From assembly GCA_046597055.1 (NCBI GenBank), contig JBKJLC010000068.1:1-48251 (forward strand): DNA of 48,251 nucleotides, in the 5' to 3' direction. This stretch comes from Kofleriaceae bacterium. GTDB lineage: Bacteria > Myxococcota_A > Polyangia > Haliangiales > Haliangiaceae. A program made the translations under genes and the position numbers. Below are positions 34,109 to 43,152 of this stretch, piece after piece (the first letter of the stretch is position 1; the number at the start of each line of letters is the position of its first letter). The notes beneath the pieces are model-generated. The model was not told where the DNA came from, made no database searches, and was given only the letters and a program-made list of their open reading frames with translations.

Positions 34109-36186
34109 CCGCGAACGACCGCAACCTGGGCATCCGCGGCGACTGGTCGATGGCGGTCGGGCTGATCGGCGTGCTCGGCATCGCGGTCGCGCCCCTGCCG
34201 CCGGTCCTGTTCGATCTGATGCTCGGCCTGGCGATGTGCATCTCCGCGCTGACCTTCCTGGTCGCGTTCTACGTCGACAAGCCCACCGACTTCTCGGCAT
34301 TCCCCACGCTGCTGCTGTTCGTGACCTTGTTCCGGCTCGCGCTCAACGTGGCGTCGACCCGCCTCATCCTCACCCACGGCGGCGAGGACGATCATGCCGC
34401 CGGCGCGGTGATCGCTGCGTTCGGTAACTTCGCGATCGGCGGCGACTTCGTGGTCGGGGCGATCATCTTCATGATCCTGGTGGTGGTGAACTTCATCGTC
34501 ATCACCAAGGGCGCCGAGCGCATCTCCGAGGTGGCGGCGCGCTTCACCCTCGACTCGATGCCCGGCAAGCAGATGGCGATCGACGCCGACCTCGGCTCCG
34601 GCATGATCAACGAGCACGAGGCGCGCGAGCGCCGCGGCGAGATCCAGAAGGAAGCCGACTTCCACGGCGCCATGGACGGTGCCTCGAAGTTCGTGCGTGG
34701 CGACGCGATCGCCGGCCTCTTGATCCTGGCGATCAACGTGATCGGCGGCATCATCGTCGGGGTCACCCGTCGCGACATGTCGCTCGGCGAGGCGGCCTCC
34801 ACCTTCGCGGTCCTGTCGATCGGCGACGGCCTGGTCTCGCAGATCCCGGCGCTGCTGGTCTCCACCGGCTCGGCGGTGCTCATCACCCGTGGCCACAACC
34901 GCGAGCTCGGCTCGGCGATCACCAGCCAGCTGACCCGCCAGCGCCGGCCGCTCATGGTGACCGCGGCGCTGATCGGCGTGCTCGGGCTCCTGCCCGGCAT
35001 GCCGCACCTGCTGTTCCTCGCGCTCGCCGGCTTCATCGGCTGGCGCGCGGTCCGCAGCGACCGTGACCGGATCCTCAGCGAGCAGGCGCCCGCGAACGCC
35101 GGCCTCCTGGCCGGCGGCCCCGGCAAGCCGCACGCCGCCGATCCCGGCACCGCGTCGCGGGCCGAGCTCGAGTCGGCGCTGCCGGTCGAGCTGCTGGCCA
35201 TGGAGGTCGGCCTCGACCTGCTCAACCTGGTCGACGCCGGCCGTGGCGGCGAGCTGCTGCGCCGCATCGCCAGCCTGCGCAAGCAGGTCGCCGGCGACCT
35301 CGGCGTGCTGGTCCCGCCCATCCACATCCGCGACGACCTGCGGATGGCGCCCGGCGGCTATCGGATCCTCCTGTCCGGGGTCGTCCTCGCCGAGGGCAAC
35401 GTCCACGTCCATCGCCTGCTCGCGCTCGATCCCACCGGCTCGGCGACCAACGGCATCTCGGGCGAGACCGTGACCGAGCCGACCTTCGGCCTGCCCGCCA
35501 AGTGGGTCCTGCCATCGGAGCGCGCCCGCGCCGAGGCCGCGGGTTGCACCGTGGTCGACTCGGCGGCGGTGATCGCCACCCACCTCGCCGAGCTGGTGCG
35601 GCGCAACGCCCACGAGCTGCTCGGCCGCCGCGAGGTCCAGGAGCTGCTCGACGTCGCCGGCAAGACCGACGGCAAGGTCATCGAGGAGCTGATCCCGCAT
35701 TTGCTCAGCGTCGGCGACGTGATCAAGGTCCTGCGCAACCTGCTGCGCGAGGGGGTCTCGATCCGCGACCTGCGCTCGATCCTCGAGGCGCTCGCCGACC
35801 ATGCCGCCGCGGTCAAGCACCCCGACGAGCTGACCGAGATGGTCCGGCAGCGGCTGGCCCGCCGGATCACGCGCGCCAACCTCGCCAACGACGGCAGCCT
35901 GCGGCCGCTGGTGCTCGACCCGCGGGCCGAGGCGCTGTTCCGCGATCAGCATCCGCGCAACGCCCGACCGCTGTCGCGGCTGACCGACGACCTGGCCGCC
36001 AGCGCGCGGGACCTGACCCGCAACGACGAGATGCCGGTCCTGGTGGTCGCCCCCGACATTCGCCGGATCGTCGCAGGGGTGGCCGCCCGCCACGTCCCCG
36101 GGCTGGCGGTGATGTCGTATCGCGAGGTCGACGCGACGGTTCCGTTCGTGACGCGTGGCGTGGTGTCGGCACTCGACGCTCCGTGA
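34105..36186 (+). CDS. flhA: Flagellar export protein FlhA
   Basis: FPTLLLFVTLFRLALNVASTRLIL; ITKGAERISEVAARFTLDSMPGKQMAIDADL; DFHGAMDGASKFVRGDA; EPTFGLPAKW. Confidence 0.96.
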   Translation: MTANDRNLGIRGDWSMAVGLIGVLGIAVAPLPPVLFDLMLGLAMCISALTFLVAFYVDKPTDFSAFPTLLLFVTLFRLALNVASTRLILTHGGEDDHAAGAVIAAFGNFAIGGDFVVGAIIFMILVVVNFIVITKGAERISEVAARFTLDSMPGKQMAIDADLGSGMINEHEARERRGEIQKEADFHGAMDGASKFVRGDAIAGLLILAINVIGGIIVGVTRRDMSLGEAASTFAVLSIGDGLVSQIPALLVSTGSAVLITRGHNRELGSAITSQLTRQRRPLMVTAALIGVLGLLPGMPHLLFLALAGFIGWRAVRSDRDRILSEQAPANAGLLAGGPGKPHAADPGTASRAELESALPVELLAMEVGLDLLNLVDAGRGGELLRRIASLRKQVAGDLGVLVPPIHIRDDLRMAPGGYRILLSGVVLAEGNVHVHRLLALDPTGSATNGISGETVTEPTFGLPAKWVLPSERARAEAAGCTVVDSAAVIATHLAELVRRNAHELLGRREVQELLDVAGKTDGKVIEELIPHLLSVGDVIKVLRNLLREGVSIRDLRSILEALADHAAAVKHPDELTEMVRQRLARRITRANLANDGSLRPLVLDPRAEALFRDQHPRNARPLSRLTDDLAASARDLTRNDEMPVLVVAPDIRRIVAGVAARHVPGLAVMSYREVDATVPFVTRGVVSALDAP

Positions 36187-36268
36187 AGGTCCCGCGTTCC
36201 GCCGCACCACACGCCCGGACACGGGGCTGTTTCGCCCACGCCAAGCCTGCTGAGATCGCAGGGTTGCG

Positions 36269-36288
36269 CGCTGTCAGGCCTGGCGACA
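36269..36288 (+). promoter_or_regulatory. Putative enhancer (bEBP binding site) upstream of flhF
   Basis: CGCTGTCAGGCCTGGCGACA inside a perfect 10-bp IR (36266-36275 / 36285-36294); twin of 28763-28782. Confidence 0.65.
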
Positions 36289-36338
36289 GCGCGCTGACGC
36301 GGTGACCGCGGGACGACTGATTACGGCTGGTTAGGTGG

Positions 36339-36354
36339 TGGCGCAACGGTTGCA
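36339..36354 (+). promoter_or_regulatory. Sigma54 (-24/-12) promoter of the flhF operon
   Basis: TGGCGCAACGGTTGCA is a near-consensus TGGCAC-N5-TTGCA. Confidence 0.8.
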
Positions 36355-36366
36355 ATTCGCCGGCGC

Positions 36367-36483
36367 ATGACCGACGCGCTGCACCCCATCCCACGCACGG
36401 CGATCGCTGCCGCGATGGGTGAGGTTGACCTGACGGCCGCGTGTGAGCTCCCCGGTTTCGTGCCCGCCCTGGAGACCGAATGA
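36367..36483 (+). CDS. Candidate 38-aa leader ORF coupled to flhF
   Basis: MTDALHPIPRTAIAAAMGEVDLTAACELPGFVPALETE; starts at the predicted +1, 30 of 37 codons after ATG end in G/C, and the stop overlaps the flhF start (ATGA). Confidence 0.45.
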   Translation: MTDALHPIPRTAIAAAMGEVDLTAACELPGFVPALETE

Positions 36484-37547
36484 AGATCCTGAAGTTCGAG
36501 GGCACGTCGATGCGCGATGCCCTCGCCAAGGTGAAGGCCGCGCTCGGCGATCAGGCCGTCATCGTCTCGAGCCGTCAGATCAAGAAGGGCCTGCTCGGTC
36601 AGGCCTTCGAGATCGCCGCCGCGATCGAGGACGACCGCCCGGCCGCGCCCGCCTTCACCGCGTCGGGCGCGCTGGCGCGGACCGGCCCGCGCTCGCTCGA
36701 GCCGGCGCCCGGCCGAGCCAACCTCGACGACGAGGTCGAGCGCGTGGTCGGTCCGCTGCGCACGGAGATGCGCTCGCTGCGCGCGATCCTGCGGGCCCGC
36801 TCCGACGCCCAGCCGGCCAAGCTCGAGCAGGAGGTCGCCGCGCTGCGCCGCGCCCTCGAGCAGCTCCAGCGCGCACCGCAGGCGACCGCGCCGGCGCCGG
36901 CGGAGTCGCCCGAGGTCGCGTCGATCGTTCGGCCGTCGACCGCGACCGTGGTGATGCTGGTTGGCCCGACCGGGGTCGGCAAGACCACCACCATCGCCAA
37001 GATCGCCGCCCACGCCGCGCTGGTCGAGCACCGCCGGGTCGCCCTGGTGACCCTCGACACCTACCGGGTCGGGGGCATCGACCAGATCCGCACCTTCGCG
37101 GACCTGATCGGCGTGCCGCTCCACGTGCTCGAGGATCCGGCCCAGCTCGGCGACCAGCTCAAGGAGCTCGCCGGCCTCGACCTCGTCCTGGTCGACACCG
37201 CCGGCAAGAGCCCGCGCGATCGCAGCGCGCTGGCGTCGCTGAGCCAGGCGCTCGCCAAGCTGACCCACATCGAGGTTCACCTCACGGTCCCGGCCGGCTC
37301 GTCGGCCGAGCAGCTCGACGAGCTCCACCGCCGGTTCGCGTCGCTGCGGCCGCGCCGGCTGCTGTTCACCAAGATCGACGAATGCGGTCGCACCCCCGAG
37401 CTGACCGAGGCGCCCGCGCGCCTCGGCCTGCCGGTCACCTGGGTAGCCACTGGCCAGGAGGTGCCCGAGGACCTCGAGCGCGTGACCGTCGAGCGTCTCA
37501 CCGAGCTGGCGCAGGTCGGCCTGCGCGACCAGCGGAGGGCGGCTTGA
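36480..37547 (+). CDS. flhF: SRP-family GTPase FlhF
   Basis: MKILKFEGTSMRDALAKVKAALG N-terminus; GPTGVGKTTT, DTYR, DTAG, TKIDE, TGQEVPEDL. Confidence 0.95.
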   Translation: MKILKFEGTSMRDALAKVKAALGDQAVIVSSRQIKKGLLGQAFEIAAAIEDDRPAAPAFTASGALARTGPRSLEPAPGRANLDDEVERVVGPLRTEMRSLRAILRARSDAQPAKLEQEVAALRRALEQLQRAPQATAPAPAESPEVASIVRPSTATVVMLVGPTGVGKTTTIAKIAAHAALVEHRRVALVTLDTYRVGGIDQIRTFADLIGVPLHVLEDPAQLGDQLKELAGLDLVLVDTAGKSPRDRSALASLSQALAKLTHIEVHLTVPAGSSAEQLDELHRRFASLRPRRLLFTKIDECGRTPELTEAPARLGLPVTWVATGQEVPEDLERVTVERLTELAQVGLRDQRRAA

Positions 37548-38437
37548 TGCGCGACCAGGCCGCGTCCCTGCGCGTCATCCGCGGTGGCACCGAGGTCGGG
37601 GCGGCGCCCGCGTCCGCGCCGCGCCGTCGCGAGCGCGCGATCGCCGTCACCGGCGGCAAGGGCGGCGTCGGCAAGAGCACGATCGCGGTCAACCTGGCCG
37701 CGGTCTACGCGCAGTCGAGCGCCCGCACGCTGCTGGTCGACTGCGACTTCGGCATGGCTGACCTCAACCTCCTGCTCGGCGTGGCCCCGACCCACAGCCT
37801 GCTCGACGCGCTCGGCGGCACGCCGGTCGAGGACGTGCTGGTGTCGGCCCACGGCCTGAAGCTGCTGCCCGCGCTCAATGGCAGCTATGCGCTGGCGACG
37901 CTGGGCGTCGGCGCGCGCGCCCGCGCGCTGGAGCTGATGGACTCGCTGTCCAGCCAGTTCGACACCGTCGTGCTCGACATCGCCGCCGGCATCGGCGCCA
38001 ACCAGGCGACCTTCGCCGCCGCCGCGGCCGACGCGATCGTGGTGGTCAACCCCGAGCCGCTGTCGATGGCCGACGCCTACGCGTGCCTCAAGGTCCTGGC
38101 CCAGGAGCATGGCCGCCGTATCGCGTACGTGGTGCCCAACCGCATCAACGGCCAGGCCCAGGCCGACGAGGTCGTCGGTCGGCTGACCGACCTGGTGTCA
38201 CGCTTCCTCGATCTACGCCTGGTCGCGTTGCCTGCGATCCCCGCCGATCCGTCGGCGACCGAGGCCGCCCACTACGGAATCCCGCTGGTCCACCACCGGC
38301 CGGATGCACCGGCTGCCCGCGCCATCCGGCGGCTGTCCAGCGCGCTCGATGCGGTGGCGTCCCCCGACGAACGCGCCGGCGCTGCCCGCGGCTTCTGGCG
38401 CCGCCACTTCGACAATGTCCAAGGAGAGACGCGATGA
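37547..38437 (+). CDS. flhG: MinD-like ATPase FlhG/FleN
   Basis: DQAASLR activator motif; GGKGGVGKS; DCDFGMADL; PEPLSMADAYA. Confidence 0.92.
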   Translation: MRDQAASLRVIRGGTEVGAAPASAPRRRERAIAVTGGKGGVGKSTIAVNLAAVYAQSSARTLLVDCDFGMADLNLLLGVAPTHSLLDALGGTPVEDVLVSAHGLKLLPALNGSYALATLGVGARARALELMDSLSSQFDTVVLDIAAGIGANQATFAAAAADAIVVVNPEPLSMADAYACLKVLAQEHGRRIAYVVPNRINGQAQADEVVGRLTDLVSRFLDLRLVALPAIPADPSATEAAHYGIPLVHHRPDAPAARAIRRLSSALDAVASPDERAGAARGFWRRHFDNVQGETR

Positions 38438-39177
38438 AGGCGTACGTCAACCAGTCGCGTCGCCCCAACGCCGAGCGTGATCGGCTGATCACGGAGCACG
38501 TCGAGGTCGCGCGCCGCATCTCGTTGCGCATGGCCCGGCGTTGCCCGGCCTGGATCGCCAGCGAGGACCTGGTGTCGGCCGCCATGCTCGGCCTGGCCGA
38601 GGCCGCCGAGCGCTACGACCAGAGCCGGCCCGAGCCGTTCGTGGTGTTCGCCGAGAAGCGGATCCGCGGCGCGGTGCTCGACCAGCTCCGCCGCGGCGAC
38701 ATCATGCCGCGTCGGGTCCGGCAGATGGCCCGCAAGGTCGGCGCCACCATCAAGCAGCTCGAGCAGCAGCTCGGCGCCGCGCCCACCGACGAGCAGGTCG
38801 CCGCCGAGCTCGGGGTGTCGCTCGAGGCGTATCGTGAGGAGCTCGAGCAGCTGGTCCACGTGACGGTCGGCGTGCTCGACGAGCTGGATCCCGAGCTGCC
38901 CCACGCCGAAGGGTCGCCGGCGGTCCAGGCCGAGCGCCGTCAGAACCTCAAGCGGATCGGCCACGCGCTGAAGGGCCTCGACCAACGCGACGTCTTGCTC
39001 CTGTCGCTCTACTACAACGAGGAGCTCACGTACCTCGAGATCGGCGAGATCCTCGGGGTCACCGTCTCGCGGGTGTCCCAGCTCCACTCGCGCGCCATCG
39101 TGCGCCTGCGCACCGAGATGGAGACCAACCCGCCGGCCCGCGCGGCGGCGACCAGCCTGGAGGTGATCGGTGGGTAG
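38434..39177 (+). CDS. fliA: Flagellar sigma factor sigma28 (FliA/WhiG)
   Basis: EDLVSAAMLGLAEAAERYD, FAEKRIRGAVLDQLR, LSLYYNEELTYLEIGEILGVTVSRVSQLHSRA. Confidence 0.95.
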   Translation: MKAYVNQSRRPNAERDRLITEHVEVARRISLRMARRCPAWIASEDLVSAAMLGLAEAAERYDQSRPEPFVVFAEKRIRGAVLDQLRRGDIMPRRVRQMARKVGATIKQLEQQLGAAPTDEQVAAELGVSLEAYREELEQLVHVTVGVLDELDPELPHAEGSPAVQAERRQNLKRIGHALKGLDQRDVLLLSLYYNEELTYLEIGEILGVTVSRVSQLHSRAIVRLRTEMETNPPARAAATSLEVIGG

Positions 39178-39883
39178 CGGCATCTACGTGGCGGTGTCCG
39201 GCGCCGTGGCGCAGTCCAACGCGCTCGACGTCACCGCCAACAACATCGCCAACGCGTCGACCGCCGGGTTCCAGGGGACCCGGGTCAGCTTCCAGGAAGC
39301 GCTGGCGTCGGCGCGCTCGGTCGACATCGCCCTGGTCGGCAACACCACCGTGGGCGTCGACCAGCAGGCCGGGACCATGTCGCAGACCGGCAACCCGCTC
39401 GACCTCGCCCTCGACGGCGACGGCTACCTGGCGGTCGATACCGCCGCCGGCGTGCGCTACACGCGGGCCGGCGCGCTCCAGATGGACCCGGTCGGCACCC
39501 TCATCACGGCCGACGGCCATCCGCTGCGCGGCCAGGGTGGCGGGCCGATCGCCATCCCCGAGGGCACCACCCAGATCATGATCGGCGAGAACGGCTCGGT
39601 CAGCGCCGATGGCGCCGAGATCGGTCGCCTCGACCTGGCCCGGTTCGAGCCGGGCGCGATGCGCCGTGAGGGTTCCACCCTCATGTCGGCGCGCGGCCCG
39701 CGGCTGGACGGCGATCCCCCGCGCGTGCTCCAGGGCGCGATCGAGGGCTCCAACGTCAACATCGTGCGCGGCGTGGTCGACCTGGTGAAGGTCTCGCGCA
39801 CGTACGAGTCGCTGCTGCGCCTCATCGAAGGTTTCAATCAGGTCGAGAGCCGCGCCGCGCGGGATCTCGGCGGGCCCAAGTGA
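39170..39883 (+). CDS. flgF: Flagellar basal-body rod protein FlgF
   Basis: LDVTANNIANASTAGF; TGNPLDLALDGDGY; YTRAG; IEGSNVN; lies before flgG. Confidence 0.88.
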   Translation: MGSGIYVAVSGAVAQSNALDVTANNIANASTAGFQGTRVSFQEALASARSVDIALVGNTTVGVDQQAGTMSQTGNPLDLALDGDGYLAVDTAAGVRYTRAGALQMDPVGTLITADGHPLRGQGGGPIAIPEGTTQIMIGENGSVSADGAEIGRLDLARFEPGAMRREGSTLMSARGPRLDGDPPRVLQGAIEGSNVNIVRGVVDLVKVSRTYESLLRLIEGFNQVESRAARDLGGPK

Positions 39884-39900
39884 GCTGAGGAGGACCGACC

Positions 39901-40686
39901 ATGTTTCGCGCCTTATCGACCGCCGCCAGTGGCATGGAAGCCCAGCAGACCAAGCTGGACGTCACCGCCAACAACATCGCCAACGTCTCGACCTCCGGCT
40001 TCAAGAAGAGCCGCGCCGAGTTCGCCGATCTCATGTACCAGACCACCCGACCCGCCGGCGCGCCGACCGGGGACGGGACCACGGCGCCGAGCGGCCTCGA
40101 GGTCGGCCTCGGGGTCCGGGTCGCGACCACCCAGCGCCTGCTGAGCCAGGGCGAGATGCGCCAGACCGGCAACCAGCTCGACGTCGCCATCGAGGGCCAG
40201 GGGTTCTTCCCGGTCCAGCTGCCGTCGGGCGACGTCGGCTACACCCGCAACGGCGCGCTCCACACCGACGCCGAGGGCCGCCTGGTCACCGGCGAGGGCT
40301 TCCCGCTGGTCGGCGACATCGCGGTGCCGCCCGAGGCCCAGAACGTGTCGATCGGCGCCGACGGCACCGTGGCCGCCACCATCCCGGGTGACCCGCAGCC
40401 GGTGGTGCTCGGCAAGATCGAGCTCGCCACCTTCACCAACCCGGCCGGCCTGTCGCCGCTGGGCAAGACGATGTTCCGCGAGAGCGGCGCGTCGGGCGCG
40501 GCGGTGATCGGCGCCCCCGGCGAGGGCGGCGCCGGCTCGCTGATGCAGGGGACGGTCGAGCTGTCGAACGTCAACGTGGTCGAGGAGATGATCGACCTCA
40601 TCAGCGGTCAACGCGCCTACGAGGTCAACACCCGCGTCATCAAGGCCGCCGACGAGATGCTCGGCCAGACGGCGAACCTGCGATGA
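39901..40686 (+). CDS. flgG: Flagellar distal rod protein FlgG
   Basis: MFRALSTAASGMEAQQ..LDVTANNIANV.TSGFKKSRAEFADLMYQ; ELSNVNVVEEMIDLI.GQRAYE.N. Confidence 0.96.
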   Translation: MFRALSTAASGMEAQQTKLDVTANNIANVSTSGFKKSRAEFADLMYQTTRPAGAPTGDGTTAPSGLEVGLGVRVATTQRLLSQGEMRQTGNQLDVAIEGQGFFPVQLPSGDVGYTRNGALHTDAEGRLVTGEGFPLVGDIAVPPEAQNVSIGADGTVAATIPGDPQPVVLGKIELATFTNPAGLSPLGKTMFRESGASGAAVIGAPGEGGAGSLMQGTVELSNVNVVEEMIDLISGQRAYEVNTRVIKAADEMLGQTANLR

Positions 40687-41348
40687 AGTCGCTGACGATG
40701 GCCGCGCTGGCCACGATCGTGACGCTGGCGAGCGCGCCGGCGCACGCCGAACCGCTGGCGGCCATCGTCATGGCGCGCGCGACGGCGGCGCTGCCGGCCG
40801 ATCTCGCGGTCACCGAGGTCCACCTCGCGCGCAGCCTGGCCGCGCTCGACGTGGCACCGGATCAGGTCGAGGTGGTGTGGCTGGCGGCGCCGCGGGTCGG
40901 CCGGACCAGCGTCAAGGTCCGCCTGCGCGCCGGCCGGGTGCGCACCGTGTTCGTGCCGGTGACGCTGGCCGCGGTGGTCGACGTCGCGGTCGCGACCCGC
41001 GACCTCGCGATCGGCGAGCGGCTCACCGCCGCCGACATCCGGATCGAGCGTCGCGCCGGGTCGGCCGGGGCCGCGGCGCCCGCCGTGATCGGCCAGGAAG
41101 TGACCGCCGCGATGCGCGCCGGCGACGTGGTCGAGCCGACCCGGCTCACCACGCCGCCGCCGGTTGCCCGCGGCACCGAAGTCACCGTCCGCGTCCGCCG
41201 GGGCCGGGTCGAGGTGGTCGCCCGCGGCCGCCTCGAGGCTGCGGCACGTCCGGGCGGGCCGGCCCGGGTCCGGCTGGCGGCCACCCGCATGCTGGTCGAC
41301 GGCATGCTCACGTCCCCGTCGGTGGTCGTGGTCGGAGACGGCTCGTGA
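40683..41348 (+). CDS. flgA: P-ring assembly chaperone FlgA
   Basis: Signal peptide; SAF-like VAVATRDLAIGERLTAADI; PPVARGTEVTV...ARG; lies between flgG and flgH. Confidence 0.8.
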   Translation: MKSLTMAALATIVTLASAPAHAEPLAAIVMARATAALPADLAVTEVHLARSLAALDVAPDQVEVVWLAAPRVGRTSVKVRLRAGRVRTVFVPVTLAAVVDVAVATRDLAIGERLTAADIRIERRAGSAGAAAPAVIGQEVTAAMRAGDVVEPTRLTTPPPVARGTEVTVRVRRGRVEVVARGRLEAAARPGGPARVRLAATRMLVDGMLTSPSVVVVGDGS

Positions 41349-42034
41349 CCGCCCGCGCCGTGCTCGCGGCCGCCGCGCTGGCGATCCTCGCCACCGCCTG
41401 CACCACCCACGTCGCGCCCTACAAGCCCAAGCGGCGCAGCTTCGACGCCGGCGACTACGAGGCGTCCCAGCCGGTCGGCAGCGGTGGCAGCCTGTACGCC
41501 GGGAGTGGCGGCCTGTTCGAGGACGACATCGCGCGCCGCCTCGGTGACATCCTGGTCATCCGCATCGACGAGAACGAGGTGGCCTCGCGGTCCGCGACCA
41601 CCAAGCTCGACAAGAAGGACGAGGCCAACTACGGCGTGCCCGCCGTGGTCGGCGTGCTGGCGGCGCTGCAGACCAAGTACCCCGACGTCGATCCGAGCGC
41701 GTTGTTCTCGACCGAGTCGAAGATGTCGTTCGCCGGGGCCGGTGCCACCGAGCGCAAGGGCAAGCTGAATGCGACCCTGCCGGTGCGCGTCAAGCGCCGG
41801 TTGCCCAACGGCGATCTCTATGTCGAGGGCACCAAGGTCGTGATGGTCGGTGCCGAGGAGCACCACATCTACCTGAGCGGCATCGTCCGTCGCCGCGACA
41901 TCGCCGAGGACAACTCGGTCCCGTCGTCGCGGGTCGCCGATGCCGAGATCGAATACACCGGCCGCGGTGACATCACCGACCAGCAGCGTCGGGGCTGGGC
42001 CAGCCGCGTGGTCGCCAAGCTGTGGCCGTTCTGA
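41345..42034 (+). CDS. flgH: Flagellar L-ring lipoprotein FlgH
   Basis: LATAC lipobox; GSLY..LFED.IARRLGDILVIRIDE; LPNGDLYVEGTK; LSGIVRRRDI..DNSVPSSRVADAEIEY.GRG; WPF end. Confidence 0.95.
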   Translation: MTARAVLAAAALAILATACTTHVAPYKPKRRSFDAGDYEASQPVGSGGSLYAGSGGLFEDDIARRLGDILVIRIDENEVASRSATTKLDKKDEANYGVPAVVGVLAALQTKYPDVDPSALFSTESKMSFAGAGATERKGKLNATLPVRVKRRLPNGDLYVEGTKVVMVGAEEHHIYLSGIVRRRDIAEDNSVPSSRVADAEIEYTGRGDITDQQRRGWASRVVAKLWPF

Positions 42035-42048
42035 CCGAAGGAATCATC

Positions 42049-43152
42049 ATGCGCACCGCCATCACCGTCGCCATCATCTCGCTCGCCGCCGCCATCGCCG
42101 GCCCGGTGGCGCCGGCTGGCGCCGATCGCCTGAAAGATCTGGCGACGATCGAAGGCGTGCGCGGCAACCAGCTGACCGGCTTCGGCCTGGTGGTCGGGCT
42201 CGCCGGCACCGGTGACGATGCCAGCTCGCCGGTGACCCGACGGTCGCTGGCGAAGATGCTCAAGCGGCTGGGCGTCACGATCGACGCCGCCGAGATCAAG
42301 GCCAAGAACGTCGCGGCGGTGCTGATCACCGCCGAGCTGCCGCCGTTCGCGCGGCCGGGCCAGGCGCTCGACGTCACGGTGTCGTCGATGGGCTCGGCCA
42401 AGAGCCTGGGCGGCGGCACCCTGATCGCGACCCCGCTCAAGGGCGCCGACGGCGAGACCTGGGCGCTCGCCCAGGGTCCGGTCGCGGTCGGCGGCTTCCT
42501 GGTCGAAGGCGGCGCCGGGACCCAGCGCAAGAACCACGTCACGGTCGCGCGCATCCCCGGTGGCGCCACCGTCGAGAACGGCGCCCCGACCGAGATGCCG
42601 ACCCGCGAGCTGGTGTTCGTGCTGCATCGCCCCGACTTCACCACCGCCGCCCGGGTGGCGGCAGGGATCGATGCCGTGCTCGGGGCCGGCGCGGCCCGCG
42701 CGCGCGACGCCGGCGCGGTCGCGGTGCGGATCACCGCGGCCGACCGCGGCAAGGTGACGGCGATGGTGGCGCGCCTCGAGCTGATCGAGATCGAGCCCGA
42801 CGTGATCGCGCGGGTGGTGGTCGACGAGCGCACCGGCGTGGTCGTGGTCGGCGCCGATGTCCGCCTGCGCGGCGTCGCCATCGCCTACGGGGGCCTGACC
42901 GTGTCGGTCGACGAGCGACCCGAGGTCAGCCAGCCCGGCGTGCTGGCCAAGGGCGACACCGCGGTGGTGCCACGCACCACGATCGGCGTCGTCGAGCAGT
43001 CGGGCGAGCTGCGGCCGCTGCCGGCGGCGGCCTCGGTCGCCGACGTCGCCGCCGCGCTCAACTCACTCGGCGTCAAGCCGCGCGACCTGATCGCGATCCT
43101 GCAGGCGCTCCAGGCCGCCGGCGCCCTGCGCGCCGAGCTCGAGGTCATCTGA
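42049..43152 (+). CDS. flgI: Flagellar P-ring protein FlgI
   Basis: RLKDLATIEGVRGNQLTGFGLVVGLAGTGD; KNVAAV; SLGGGTLIATPL; DLIAILQALQAAGAL.AELEVI. Confidence 0.96.
   Translation: MRTAITVAIISLAAAIAGPVAPAGADRLKDLATIEGVRGNQLTGFGLVVGLAGTGDDASSPVTRRSLAKMLKRLGVTIDAAEIKAKNVAAVLITAELPPFARPGQALDVTVSSMGSAKSLGGGTLIATPLKGADGETWALAQGPVAVGGFLVEGGAGTQRKNHVTVARIPGGATVENGAPTEMPTRELVFVLHRPDFTTAARVAAGIDAVLGAGAARARDAGAVAVRITAADRGKVTAMVARLELIEIEPDVIARVVVDERTGVVVVGADVRLRGVAIAYGGLTVSVDERPEVSQPGVLAKGDTAVVPRTTIGVVEQSGELRPLPAAASVADVAAALNSLGVKPRDLIAILQALQAAGALRAELEVI

Noticed and set aside
31343..36186. Non-flagellar type III secretion (injectisome) export apparatus
   Set aside because: The genes are embedded with FliO, FlhF/G, FliA, rod, L/P-ring, hook-junction, flagellin and cap genes, so the system is clearly flagellar.
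36187..36479. c-di-GMP riboswitch in the flhA-flhF gap
   Set aside because: No recognisable GEMM features. The space is explained by the enhancer box, the sigma54 promoter and the short ORF. An Rfam scan would settle it.
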